From positions 12,896,001-12,960,000 of the forward strand of contig OZ059900.1 of the NCBI GenBank assembly GCA_964057225.1: 64,000 nt of DNA, in the 5' to 3' direction. Of this stretch, positions 37,201 through 52,200 are shown one piece after another (within the stretch, counting starts at the first letter, position 1; every line of letters begins with the position of its first letter). The stretch comes from Auanema rhodensis (taxonomy: Eukaryota > Animalia > Nematoda). The position numbers and the translations under genes are program-made. The notes under the pieces were generated by a model. It ran no database searches. It saw only the letters and a program-made list of their open reading frames with translations, and was not told where the DNA came from.

Positions 37201-40200
37201 AGACGCGTCATGTTCATATTCAAATTTGTTTTGCTTTGGCATCTATAGTGTCATATAATCATACTAAGACAGACAGTTTTCAATATTGCACACTCATGGT
37301 GTGCTTTCCAAAATGTATTTCCAACTCAGAAGTTCTCTGGTTAGATTGAGATACTACCTCTAACTTGGGTAATTAAACCAAATCTATTCAGGAAACTTAT
37401 GAACTGTTCTAGCCTATCGCCGTATAAGTGATCAGTGTACAAAGCTATACAAAGCTTTATCCAGTCAAACTATAATGTAAAAGACGCGTCATGTTCATAT
37501 TCAAATTTGTTTTGCTTTGGCATCTATAGTGTCATATAATCATACTAAGACAGACAGTTTTCAATATTGCACACTCATGGTGTGCTTTCCAAAATGTATT
37601 TCCAACTCAGAAGTTCTCTGGTTAGATTGAGATACTACCTCTAACTTGGGTAATTAAACCAAATCTATTCAGGAAACTTATGAACTGTTCTAGCCTATCG
37701 CCGTATAAGTGATCAGTGTACAAAGCTATACAAAGCTTTATCCAGTCAAACTATAATGTAAAAGACGCGTCATGTTCATATTCAAATTTGTTTTGCTTTG
37801 GCATCTATAGTGTCATATAATCATACTAAGACAGACAGTTTTCAATATTGCACACTCATGGTGTGCTTTCCAAAATGTATTTCCAACTCAGAAGTTCTCT
37901 GGTTAGATTGAGGTACTACCTCTAACTTGGGTAATCAAACCAAATCTATTCAGGAAACTTATGAACTGTTCTAGCCTATCGCCGTATAAGTGATCAGTGT
38001 ACAAAGCTATACAAAGCTTTATCCAGTCAAACTATAATGTAAAAGACGCGTCATGTTCATATTCAAATTTGTTTTGCTTTGGCATCTATAGTGTCATATA
38101 ATCATACTAAGACAGACAGTTTTCAATATTGCACACTCATGGTGTGCTTTCCAAAATGTATTTCCAACTCAGAAGTTCTCTGGTTAGATTGAGATACTAC
38201 CTCTAACTTGGGTAATTAAACCAAATCTATTCAGGAAACTTATGAGCTGTTCTAGCCTATCGCCGTATAAGTGATCAGTGTACAAAGCTATACAAAGCTT
38301 TATCCGGTCAAACTATAATGTAAAAGACGCGTCATGTTCATATTCAAATTTGTTTTGCTTTGGCATCTATAGTGTCATATAATCATACTAAGACAGACAG
38401 TTTTCAATATTGCACACTCATGGTGTGCTTTCCAAAATGTATTTCCAACTCAGAAGTTCTCTGGTTAGATTGAGATACTACCTCTAACTTGGGTAATTAA
38501 ACCAAATCTATTCAGGAAACTTATGAACTGTTCTAGCCTATCGCCGTATAAGTGATCAGTGTACAAAGCTATACAAAGCTTTATCCAGTCAAACTATAAT
38601 GTAAAAGACGCGTCATGTTCATATTCAAATTTGTTTTGCTTTGGCATCTATAGTGTCATATAATCATACTAAGACAGACAGTTTTCAATATTGCACACTC
38701 ATGGTGTGCTTTCCAAAATGTATTTCCAACTCAGAAGTTCTCTGGTTAGATTGAGATACTACCTCTAACTTGGGTAATTAAACCAAATCTATTCAGGAAA
38801 CTTATGAACTGTTCTAGCCTATCGCCGTATAAGTGATCAGTGTACAAAGCTATACAAAGCTTTATCCGGTCAAACTATAATGTAAAAGACGCGTCATGTT
38901 CATATTCAAATTTGTTTTGCTTTGGCAACTATAGTGTCATATAATCATACTAAGACAGACAGTTTTCAATATTGCACACTCATGGTGTGCTTTCCAAAAT
39001 GTATTTCCAACTCAGAAGTTCTCTGGTTAGATTGAGATACTACCTCTAACTTGGGTAATTAAACCAAATCTATTCAGGAAACTTATGAACTGTTCTAGCC
39101 TATCGCCGTATAAGTGATCAGTGTACAAAGCTATACAAAGCTTTATCCAGTCAAACTATAATGTAAAAGACGCGTCATGTTCATATTCAAATTTGTTTTG
39201 CTTTGGCATCTATAGTGTCATATAATCATACTAAGACAGACAGTTTTCAATATTGCACACTCATGGTGTGCTTTCCAAAATGTATTTCCAACTCAGAAGT
39301 TCTCTGGTTAGATTGAGATACTACCTCTAACTTGGGTAATTAAACCAAATCTATTCAGGAAACTTATGAACTGTTCTAGCCTATCGCCGTATAAGTGATC
39401 AGTGTACAAAGCTATACAAAGCTTTATCCAGTCAAACTATAATGTAAAAGATGCGTCATGTTCATATTCAAATTTGTTTTGCTTTGGCATCTATAGTGTC
39501 ATATAATCATACTAAGACAGACAGTTTTCAATATTGCACACTCATGGTGTGCTTTCCAAAATGTATTTCCAACTCAGAAGTTCTCTGGTTAGATTGAGAT
39601 ACTACCTCTAACTTGGGTAATTAAACCAAATCTATTCAGGAAACTTATGAACTGTTCTAGCCTATCGCCGTATAAGTGATCAGTGTACAAAGCTATACAA
39701 AGCTTTATCCAGTCAAACTATAATGTAAAAGACGCGTCATGTTCATATTCAAATTTGTTTTGCTTTGGCATCTATAGTGTCATATAATCATACTAAGACA
39801 GACAGTTTTCAATATTGCACACTCATGGTGTGCTTTCCAAAATGTATTTCCAACTCAGAAGTTCTCTGGTTAGATTGAGATACTACCTCTAACTTGGGTA
39901 ATTAAACCAAATCTATTCAGGAAACTTATGAACTGTTCTAGCCTATCGCCGTATAAGTGATCAGTGTACAAAGCTATACAAAGCTTTATCCAGTCAAACT
40001 ATAATGTAAAAGACGCGTCATGTTCATATTCAAATTTGTTTTGCTTTGGCATCTATAGTGTCATATAATCATACTAAGACAGACAGTTTTCAATATTGCA
40101 CACTCATGGTGTGCTTTCCAAAATGTATTTCCAACTCAGAAGTTCTCTGGTTAGATTGAGATACTACCTCTAACTTGGGTAATTAAACCAAATCTATTCA

Positions 40201-43200
40201 GGAAACTTATGAACTGTTCTAGCCTATCGCCGTATAAGTGATCAGTGTACAAAGCTATACAAAGCTTTATCCAGTCAAACTATAATGTAAAAGACGCGTC
40301 ATGTTCATATTCAAATTTGTTTTGCTTTGGCATCTATAGTGTCATATAAGCATACTAAGACAGACAGTTTTCAATATTGCACACTCATGGTGTGCTTTCC
40401 AAAATGTATTTCCAACTCAGAAGTTCTCTGGTTAGATTGAGATACTACCTCTAACTTGGGTAATTAAACCAAATCTATTCAGGAAACTTATGAACTGTTC
40501 TAGCCTATCGCCGTATATGTGATCAGTGTACAAAGCTATACAAAGCTTTATCCAGTCAAACTATAATGTAAAAGACGCGTCATGTTCATATTCAAATTTG
40601 TTTTGCTTTGGCATCTAAAGTGTCATATAATCATACTAAGACAGACAGTTTTCAATATTGCACACTCATGGTGTGCTTTCCAAAATGTATTTCCAACTCA
40701 GAAGTTCTCTGGTTAGATTGAGATACTACCTCTAACTTGGGTAATTAAACCAAATCTATTCAGGAAACTTATGAACTGTTCTAGCCTATCGCCGTATATG
40801 TGATCAGTGTACAAAGCTATACAAAGCTTTATCCAGTCAAACTATAATGTAAAAGACGCGTCATGTTCATATTCAAATTTGTTTTGCTTTGGCATCTAAA
40901 GTGTCATATAATCATACTAAGACAGACAGTTTTCAATATTGCACACTCATGGTGTGCTTTCCAAAATGTATTTCCAACTCAGAAGTTCTCTGGTTAGATT
41001 GAGATACTACCTCTAACTTGGGTAATTAAACCAAATCTATTCAGGAAACTTATGAACTGTTCTAGCCTATCGCCGTATAAGTGATCAGTGTACAAAGCTA
41101 TAAAAAGCTTTATCCAGTCAAACTATAATGTAAAAGACGCGTCATGTTCATATTCAAATTTGTTTTGCTTTGGCATCTATAGTGTCATATAATCATACTA
41201 AGACAGACAGTTTTCAATATTGCACACTCATGGTGTGCTTTCCAAAATGTATTTACAACTCAGAAGTTCTCTGGTTAGATTGAGATACTACCTCTAACTT
41301 GGGTAATTAAACCAAATCTATTCAGGAAACTTATGAACTGTTCTAGCCTATCGCCGTATAAGTGATCAGTGTACAAAGCTATACAAAGCTTTATCCAGTC
41401 AAACTATAATGTAAAAGACGCGTCATGTTCATATTCAAATTTGTTTTGCTTTGGCATCTATAGTGTCATATAATCATACTAAGACAGACAGTTTTCAATA
41501 TTGCACACTCATGGTGTGCTTTCCAAAATGTATTTCCAACTCAGAAGTTCTCTGGTTAGATTGAGATACTACCTCTAACTTGGGTAATTAAACCAAATCT
41601 ATTCAGGAAACTTATGAACTGTTCTAGCCTATCGCCGTATAAGTGATCAGTGTACAAAGCTATACAAAGCTTTATCCGGTCAAACTATAATGTAAAAGAC
41701 GCGCCATGTTCATATTCAAATTTGTTTTGCTTTGGCATCTATAGTGTCATATAATCATACTAAGACAGACAGTTTTCAATATTGCACACTCATGGTGTGC
41801 TTTCCAAAATGTATTTCCAACTCAGAAGTTCTCTGGTTAGATTGAGATACTACCTCTAACTTGGGTAATTAAACCAAATCTATTCAGGAAACTTATGAAC
41901 TGTTCTAGCCTATCGCCGTATAAGTGATCAGTGTACAAAGCTATACAAAGCTTTATCCAGTCAAACTATAATGTAAAAGACGCGTCATGTTCATATTCAA
42001 ATTTGTTTTGCTTTGGCATCTATAGTGTCATATAATCATACTAAGACAGACAGTTTTCAATATTGCACACTCATGGTGTGCTTTCCAAAATGTATTTCCA
42101 ACTCAGAAGTTCTCTGGTTAGATTGAGATACTACCTCTAACTTGGGTAATTAAACCAAATCTATTCAGGAAACTTATGAACTGTTCTAGCCTATCGCCGT
42201 ATAAGTGATCAGTGTACAAAGCTATACAAAGCTTTATCCAGTCAAACTATAATGTAAAAGACGCGTCATGTTCATATTCAAATTTGTTTTGCTTTGGCAT
42301 CTATAGTGTCATATAATCATACTAAGACAGACAGTTTTCAATATTGCACACTCATGGTGTGCTTTCCAAAATGTATTTCCAACTCAGAAGTTCTCTGGTT
42401 AGATTGAGATACTACCTCTAACTTGGGTAATTAAACCAAATCTATTCAGGAAACTTATGAACTGTTCTAGCCTATCGCCGTATAAGTGATCAGTGTACAA
42501 AGCTATACAAAGCTTTATCCAGTCAAACTATAATGTAAAAGACGCGTCATGTTCATATTCAAATTTGTTTTGCTTTGGCATCTATAGTGTCATATAATCA
42601 TACTAAGACAGACAGTTTTGAATATTGCACACTCATGGTGTGCTTTCCAAAATGTATTTCCAACTCAGAAGTTCTCTGGTTAGATTGAGATACTACCTCT
42701 AACTTGGGTAATTAAACCAAATCTATTCAGGAAACTTATGAACTGTTCTAGCCTATCGCCGTATATGTGATCAGTGTACAAAGCTATACAAAGCTTTATC
42801 CAGTCAAACTATAATGTAAAAGACGCGTCATGTTCATATTCAAATTTGTTTTGCTTTGGCATCTAAAGTGTCATATAATCATACTAAGACAGACAGTTTT
42901 CAATATTGCACACTCATGGTGTGCTTTCCAAAATGTATTTCCAACTCAGAAGTTCTCTGGTTAGATTGAGATACTACCTCTAACTTGGGTAATTAAACCA
43001 AATCTATTCAGGAAACTTATGAACTGTTCTAGCCTATCGCCGTATAAGTGATCAGTGTACAAAGCTATAAAAAGCTTTATCCAGTCAAACTATAATGTAA
43101 AAGACGCGTCATGTTCATATTCAAATTTGTTTTGCTTTGGCATCTATAGTGTCATATAATCATACTAAGACAGACAGTTTTCAATATTGCACACTCATGG

Positions 43201-46200
43201 TGTGCTTTCCAAAATGTATTTACAACTCAGAAGTTCTCTGGTTAGATTGAGATACTACCTCTAACTTGGGTAATTAAACCAAATCTATTCAGGAAACTTA
43301 TGAACTGTTCTAGCCTATCGCCGTATAAGTGATCAGTGTACAAAGCTATACAAAGCTTTATCCAGTCAAACTATAATGTAAAAGACGCGTCATGTTCATA
43401 TTCAAATTTGTTTTGCTTTGGCATCTATAGTGTCATATAATCATACTAAGACAGACAGTTTTCAATATTGCACACTCATGGTGTGCTTTCCAAAATGTAT
43501 TTCCAACTCAGAAGTTCTCTGGTTAGATTGAGATACTACCTCTAACTTGGGTAATTAAACCAAATCTATTCAGGAAACTTATGAACTGTTCTAGCCTATC
43601 GCCGTATAAGTGATCAGTGTACAAAGCTATACAAAGCTTTATCCGGTCAAACTATAATGTAAAAGACGCGCCATGTTCATATTCAAATTTGTTTTGCTTT
43701 GGCATCTATAGTGTCATATAATCATACTAAGACAGACAGTTTTCAATATTGCACACTCATGGTGTGCTTTCCAAAATGTATTTCCAACTCAGAAGTTCTC
43801 TGGTTAGATTGAGATACTACCTCTAACTTGGGTAATTAAACCAAATCTATTCAGGAAACTTATGAACTGTTCTAGCCTATCGCCGTATAAGTGATCAGTG
43901 TACAAAGCTATACAAAGCTTTATCCAGTGAAACTATAATGTAAAAGACGCGTCATGTTCATATTCAAATTTGTTTTGCTTTGGCATCTATAGTGTCATAT
44001 AATCATACTAAGACAGACAGTTTTCAATATTGCACACTCATGGTGTGCTTTCCAAAATGTATTTCCAACTCAGAAGTTCTCTGGTTAGATTGAGATACTA
44101 CCTCTAACTTGGGTAATTAAACCAAATCTATTCAGGAAACTTATGAACTGTTCTAGCCTATCGCCGTATAAGTGATCAGTGTACAAAGCTATACAAAGCT
44201 TTATCCAGTCAAACTATAATGTAAAAGACGCGTCATGTTCATATTCAAATTTGTTTTGCTTTGGCATCTATAGTGTCATATAATCATACTAAGACAGACA
44301 GTTTTCAATATTGCACACTCATGGTGTGCTTTCCAAAATGTATTTCCAACTCAGAAGTTCTCTGGTTAGATTGAGATACTACCTCTAACTTGGGTAATTA
44401 AACCAAATCTATTCAGGAAACTTATGAACTGTTCTAGCCTATCGCCGTATAAGTGATCAGTGTACAAAGCTATACAAAGCTTTATCCAGTCAAACTATAA
44501 TGTAAAAGACGCGTCATGTTCATATTCAAATTTGTTTTGCTTTGGCATCTATAGTGTCATATAATCATACTAAGACAGACAGTTTTCAATATTGCACACT
44601 CATGGTGTGCTTTCCAAAATGTATTTCCAACTCAGAAGTTCTCTGGTTAGATTGAGATACTACCTCTAACTTGGGTAATTAAACCAAATCTATTCAGGAA
44701 ACTTATGAACTGTTCTAGCCTATCGCCGTATAAGTGATCAGTGTACAAAGCTATACAAAGCTTTATCCGGTCAAACTATAATGTAAAAGACGCGCCATGT
44801 TCATATTCAAATTTGTTTTGCTTTGGCATCTATAGTGTCATATAATCATACTAAGACAGACAGTTTTCAATATTGCACACTCATGGTGTGCTTTCCAAAA
44901 TGTATTTCCAACTCAGAAGTTCTCTGGTTAGATTGAGATACTACCTCTAACTTGGGTAATTAAACCAAATCTATTCAGGAAACTTATGAACTGTTCTAGC
45001 CTATCGCCGTATAAGTGATCAGTGTACAAAGCTATACAAAGCTTTATCCAGTCAAACTATAATGTAAAAGACGCGTCATGTTCATATTCAAATTTGTTTT
45101 GCTTTGGCATCTATAGTGTCATATAATCATACTAAGACAGACAGTTTTCAATATTGCACACTCATGGTGTGCTTTCCAAAATGTATTTCCAACTCAGAAG
45201 TTCTCTGGTTAGATTGAGATACTACCTCTAACTTGGGTAATTAAACCAAATCTATTCAGGAAACTTATGAACTGTTCTAGCCTATCGCCGTATAAGTGAT
45301 CAGTGTACAAAGCTATACAAAGCTTTATCCAGTCAAACTATAATGTAAAAGACGCGTCATGTTCATATTCAAATTTGTTTTGCTTTGGCATCTATAGTGT
45401 CATATAATCATACTAAGACAGACAGTTTTCAATATTGCACACTCATGGTGTGCTTTCCAAAATGTATTTCCAACTCAGAAGTTCTCTGGTTAGATTGAGA
45501 TACTACCTCTAACTTGGGTAATTAAACCAAATCTATTCAGGAAACTTATGAACTGTTCTAGCCTATCGCCGTATAAGTGATCAGTGTACAAAGCTATACA
45601 AAGCTTTATCCAGTCAAACTATAATGTAAAAGACGCGTCATGTTCATATTCAAATTTGTTTTGCTTTGGCATCTATAGTGTCATATAATCATACTAAGAC
45701 AGACAGTTTTCAATATTGCACACTCATGGTGTGCTTTCCAAAATGTATTTCCAACTCAGAAGTTCTCTGGTTAGATTGAGATACTACCTCTAACTTGGGT
45801 AATTAAACCAAATCTATTCAGGAAACTTATGAACTGTTCTAGCCTATCGCCGTATAAGTGATCAGTGTACAAAGCTATACAAAGCTTTATCCGGTCAAAC
45901 TATAATGTAAAAGACGCGCCATGTTCATATTCAAATTTGTTTTGTTTTGGCATCTATAGTGTCATATAATCATACTAAGACAGACAGTTTTCAATATTGC
46001 ACACTCATGGTGTGCTTTCCAAAATGTATTTCCAACTCAGAAGTTCTCTGGTTAGATTGAGATACTACCTCTAACTTGGGTAATTAAACCAAATCTATTC
46101 AGGAAACTTATGAACTGTTCTAGCCTATCGCCGTATAAGTGATCAGTGTACAAAGCTATACAAAGCTTTATCCAGTCAAACTATAATGTAAAAGACGCGT

Positions 46201-49200
46201 CATGTTCATATTCAAATTTGTTTTGCTTTGGCATCTATAGTGTCATATAATCATACTAAGACAGACAGTTTTCAATATTGCACACTCATGGTGTGCTTTC
46301 CAAAATGTATTTCCAACTCAGAAGTTCTCTGGTTAGATTGAGATACTACCTCTAACTTGGGTAATTAAACCAAATCTATTCAGGAAACTTATGAACTGTT
46401 CTAGCCTATCGCCGTATAAGTGATCAGTGTACAAAGCTATACAAAGCTTTATCCAGTCAAACTATAATGTAAAAGACGCGTCATGTTCATATTCAAATTT
46501 GTTTTGCTTTGGCATCTATAGTGTCATATAATCATACTAAGACAGACAGTTTTCAATATTGCACACTCATGGTGTGCTTTCCAAAATGTATTTCCAACTC
46601 AGAAGTTCTCTGGTTAGATTGAGATACTACCTCTAACTTGGGTAATTAAACCAAATCTATTCAGGAAACTTATGAACTGTTCTAGCCTATCGCCGTATAA
46701 GTGATCAGTGTACAAAGCTATACAAAGCTTTATCCAGTCAAACTATAATGTAAAAGACGCGTCATGTTCATATTCAAATTTGTTTTGCTTTGGCATCTAT
46801 AGTGTCATATAATCATACTAAGACAGACAGTTTTCAATATTGCACACTCATGGTGTGCTTTCCAAAATGTATTTCCAACTCAGAAGTTCTCTGGTTAGAT
46901 TGAGATACTACCTCTAACTTGGGTAATTAAACCAAATCTATTCAGGAAACTTATGAACTGTTCTAGCCTATCGCCGTATAAGTGATCAGTGTACAAAGCT
47001 ATACAAAGCTTTATCCAGTCAAACTATAATGTAAAAGACGCGTCATGTTCATATTCAAATTTGTTTTGCTTTGGCATCTATAGTGTCATATAATCATACT
47101 AAGACAGACAGTTTTCAATATTGCACACTCATGGTGTGCTTTCCAAAATGTATTTCCAACTCAGAAGTTCTCTGGTTAGATTGAGATACTACCTCTAACT
47201 TGGGTAATTAAACCAAATCTATTCAGGAAACTTATGAACTGTTCTAGCCTATCGCCGTATAAGTGATCAGTGTACAAAGCTATACAAAGCTTTATCCGGT
47301 CAAACTATAATGTAAAAGACGCGCCATGTTCATATTCAAATTTGTTTTGCTTTGGCATCTATAGTGTCATATAATCATACTAAGACAGACAGTTTTCAAT
47401 ATTGCACACTCATGGTGTGCTTTCCAAAATGTATTTCCAACTCAGAAGTTCTCTGGTTAGATTGAGATACTACCTCTAACTTGGGTAATTAAACCAAATC
47501 TATTCAGGAAACTTATGAACTGTTCTAGCCTATCGCCGTATAAGTGATCAGTGTACAAAGCTATACAAAGCTTTATCCAGTCAAACTATAATGTAAAAGA
47601 CGCGTCATGTTCATATTCAAATTTGTTTTGCTTTGGCATCTATAGTGTCATATAATCATACTAAGACAGACAGTTTTCAATATTGCACACTCATGGTGTG
47701 CTTTCCAAAATGTATTTCCAACTCAGAAGTTCTCTGGTTAGATTGAGATACTACCTCTAACTTGGGTAATTAAACCAAATCTATTATGGAAACTTATGAA
47801 CTGTTCTAGCCTATCGCCGTATAAGTGATCAGTGTACAAAGCTATACAAAGCTTTATCCAGTCAAACTATAATGTAAAAGACGCGTCATGTTCATATTCG
47901 AATTTGTTTTGCTTTGGCATCTATAGTGTCATATAATCATACTAAGACAGACAGTTTTCAATATTGCACACTCATGGTGTGCTTTCCAAAATGTATTTCC
48001 AACTCAGAAGTTCTCTGGTTAGATTGAGATACTACCTCTAACTTGGGTAATTAAACCAAATCTATTCAGGAAACTTATGAACTGTTCTAGCCTATCGCCG
48101 TATAAGTGATCAGTGTACAAAGCTATACAAAGCTTTATCCGGTCAAACTATAATGTAAAAGACGCGCCATGTTCATATTGAAATTTGTTTTGTTTTGGCA
48201 TCTATAGTGTCATATAATCATACTAAGACAGACAGTTTTCAATATTGCACACTCATGGTGTGCTTTCCAAAATGTATTTCCAACTCAGAAGTTCTCTGGT
48301 TAGATTGAGATACTACCTCTAACTTGGGTAATTAAACCAAATCTATTCAGGAAACTTATGAACTGTTCTAGCCTATCGCCGTATAAGTGATCAGTGTACA
48401 AAGCTATACAAAGCTTTATCCGGTCAAACTATAATGTAAAAGACGCGTCATGTTCATATTCAAATTTGTTTTGCTTTGGCATCTATAGTGTCATATAATC
48501 ATACTAAGACAGACAGTTTTCAATATTGCACACTCATGGTGTGCTTTCCAAAATGTATTTCCAACTCAGAAGTTCTCTGGTTAGATTGAGATACTACCTC
48601 TAACTTGGGTAATTAAACCAAATCTATTCAGGAAACTTATGAACTGTTCTAGCCTATCGCCGTATAAGTGATCAGTGTACAAAGCTATACAAAGCTTTAT
48701 CCGGTCAAACTATAATGTAAAAGACGCGCCATGTTCATATTCAAATTTGTTTTGCTTTGGCATCTATAGTGTCATATAATCATACTAAGACAGACAGTTT
48801 TCAATATTGCACACTCATGGTGTGCTTTCCAAAATGTATTTCCAACTCAGAAGTTCTCTGGTTAGATTGAGATACTACCTCTAACTTGGGTAATTAAACC
48901 AAATCTATTCAGGAAACTTATGAACTGTTCTAGCCTATCGCCGTATATGTGATCAGTGTACAAAGCTATACAAAGCTTTATCCGGTCAAACTATAATGTA
49001 AAAGACGCGTCATGTTCATATTCAAATTTGTTTTGCTTTGGCATCTATAGGGTCATATAATCATACTAAGACAGACAGTTTTCAATATTGCACACTCATG
49101 GTGTGCTTTCCAAAATGTATTTCCAACTCAGAAGTTCTCTGGTTAGATTGAGATACTACCTCTAACTTGGGTAATTAAACCAAATCTATTCAGGAAACTT

Positions 49201-52200
49201 ATGAACTGTTCTAGCGTATCGCCGTATAAGTGATCAGTGTACAAAGCTATACAAAGCTTTATCCGGTCAAACTATAATGTAAAAGACGCGTCATGTTCAT
49301 ATTCAAATTTGTTTTGCTTTGGCATCTATAGTGTCATATAATCATACTAAGACAGACAGTTTTCAATATTGCACACTCGTGGTGTGCTTTCCAAAATGTA
49401 TTTCCAACTCAGAAGTTCTCTGGTTAGATTGAGATACTACCTCTAACTTGGGTAATTAAACCAAATCTATTCAGGAAACTTATGAACTGTTCTAGCCTAT
49501 CGCCGTATATGTGATCAGTGTACAAAGCTATACAAAGCTTTATCCGGTCAAACTATAATGTAAAAGACGCGTCATGTTCATATTCGAATTTGTTTTGCTT
49601 TGGCATCTATAGTGTCATATAACCATACTAAGACAGACAGTTTTCAATATTGCACACTCATGGTGTGCTTTCCAAAATGTATTTCCAACTCAGAAGTTCT
49701 CTGGTTAGATTGAGATACTACCTCTAACTTGGGTAATTAAACCAAATCTATTCAGGAAACTTATGAACTGTTCTAGCCTATCGCCGTATAAGTGATCAGT
49801 GTACAAAGCTATACAAAGCTTTATCCGGTCAAACTATAATGTAAAAGACGCGTCATGTTCATATTCAAATTTGTTTTGATTTGGCATCTATAGGGTCATA
49901 TAATCATACTAAGACAGGCAGTTTTCAATATTGCACACTCATGGTGTGCTTTCCAAAATGTATTTCCAACTCAGAAGTTCTCTGGTTAGATTGAGATACT
50001 ACCTCTAACTTGGGTAATTAAACCAAATCTATTCAGGAAACTTATGAACTGTTCTAGCCTATCGCCGTATATGTGATCAGTGTACAAAGCTATACAAAGC
50101 TTTATCCGGTCAAACTATAATGTAAAAGACGCGTCATGTTCATATTCGAATTTGTTTTGCTTTGGCATCTATAGTGTCATATAATCATACTAAGACAGAC
50201 AGTTTTCAATATTGCACACTCATGGTGTGCTTTCCAAAATGTATTTCCAACTCAGAAGTTCTCTGGTTAGATTGAGATACTACCTCTAACTTGGGTAATT
50301 AAACCAAATCTATTCAGGAAACTTATGAACTGTTCTAGCCTATCGCCGTATAAGTGATCAGTGTACAAAGCTATACAAAGCTTTATCCAGTCAAACTATA
50401 ATGTAAAAGACGCGTCATGTTCATATTCAAATTTGTTTTGCTTTGGCATCTATAGGGTCATATAATCATACTAAGACAGGCAGTTTTCAATATTGCACAC
50501 TCATGGTGTGCTTTCCAAAATGTATTTCCAACTCAGAAGTTCTCTGGTTAGATTGAGATACTACCTCTAACTTGGGTAATTAAACCAAATCTATTCAGGA
50601 AACTTATGAATTGTTCTAGCCTATCGCCGTATAAGTGATCAGTGTACAAAGCTATACAAAGCTTTATCCAGTCAAACTATAATGTAAAAGACGCGTCATG
50701 TTCATATTCGAATTTGTTTTGCTTTGGCATCTATAGGGTCATATAATCATACTAAGACAGACAGTTTTCAATATTGCACACTCGTGGTGTGCTTTCCAAA
50801 ATGTATTTCCAACTCAGAAGTTCTCTGGTTAGATTGAGATACTACCTCTAACTTGGGTAATTAAACCAAATCTATTCAGGAAACTTATGAACTGTTCTAG
50901 CCTATCGCCGTATATGTGATCAGTGTACAAAGCTATACAAAGCTTTATCCGGTCAAACTATAATGTAAAAGACGCGTCATGTTCATATTCGAATTTGTTT
51001 TGCTTTGGCATCTATAGTGTCATATAACCATACTAAGACAGACAGTTTTCAATATTGCACACTCATGGTGTGCTTTCCAAAATGTATTTCCAACTCAGAA
51101 GTTCTCTGGTTAGATTGAGATACTACCTCTAACTTGGGTAATTAAACCAAATCTATTCAGGAAACTTATGAACTGTTCTAGCCTATCGCCGTATAAGTGA
51201 TCAGTGTACAAAGCTATACAAAGCTTTATCCGGTCAAACTATAATGTAAAAGACGCGTCATGTTCATATTCAAATTTGTTTTGATTTGGCATCTATAGGG
51301 TCATATAATCATACTAAGACAGGCAGTTTTCAATATTGCACACTCATGGTGTGCTTTCCAAAATGTATTTCCAACTCAGAAGTTCTCTGGTTAGATTGAG
51401 ATACTACCTCTAACTTGGGTAATTAAACCAAATCTATTCAGGAAACTTATGAACTGTTCTAGCCTATCGCCGTATATGTGATCAGTGTACAAAGCTATAC
51501 AAAGCTTTATCCGGTCAAACTATAATGTAAAAGACGCGTCATGTTCATATTCGAATTTGTTTTGCTTTGGCATCTATAGTGTCATATAATCATACTAAGA
51601 CAGACAGTTTTCAATATTGCACACTCATGGTGTGCTTTCCAAAATGTATTTCCAACTCAGAAGTTCTCTGGTTAGATTGAGATACTACCTCTAACTTGGG
51701 TAATTAAACCAAATCTATTCAGGAAACTTATGAACTGTTCTAGCCTATCGCCGTATAAGTGATCAGTGTACAAAGCTATACAAAGCTTTATCCAGTCAAA
51801 CTATAATGTAAAAGACGCGTCATGTTCATATTCAAATTTGTTTTGCTTTGGCATCTATAGGGTCATATAATCATACTAAGACAGGCAGTTTTCAATATTG
51901 CACACTCATGGTGTGCTTTCCAAAATGTATTTCCAACTCAGAAGTTCTCTGGTTAGATTGAGATACTACCTCTAACTTGGGTAATTAAACCAAATCTATT
52001 CAGGAAACTTATGAACTGTTCTAGCCTATCGCCGTATAAGTGATCAGTGTACAAAGCTATACAAAGCTTTATCCAGTCAAACTATAATGTAAAAGACGCG
52101 TCATGTTCATATTCGAATTTGTTTTGCTTTGGCATCTATAGGGTCATATAATCATACTAAGACAGACAGTTTTCAATATTGCACACTCATGGTGTGCTTT

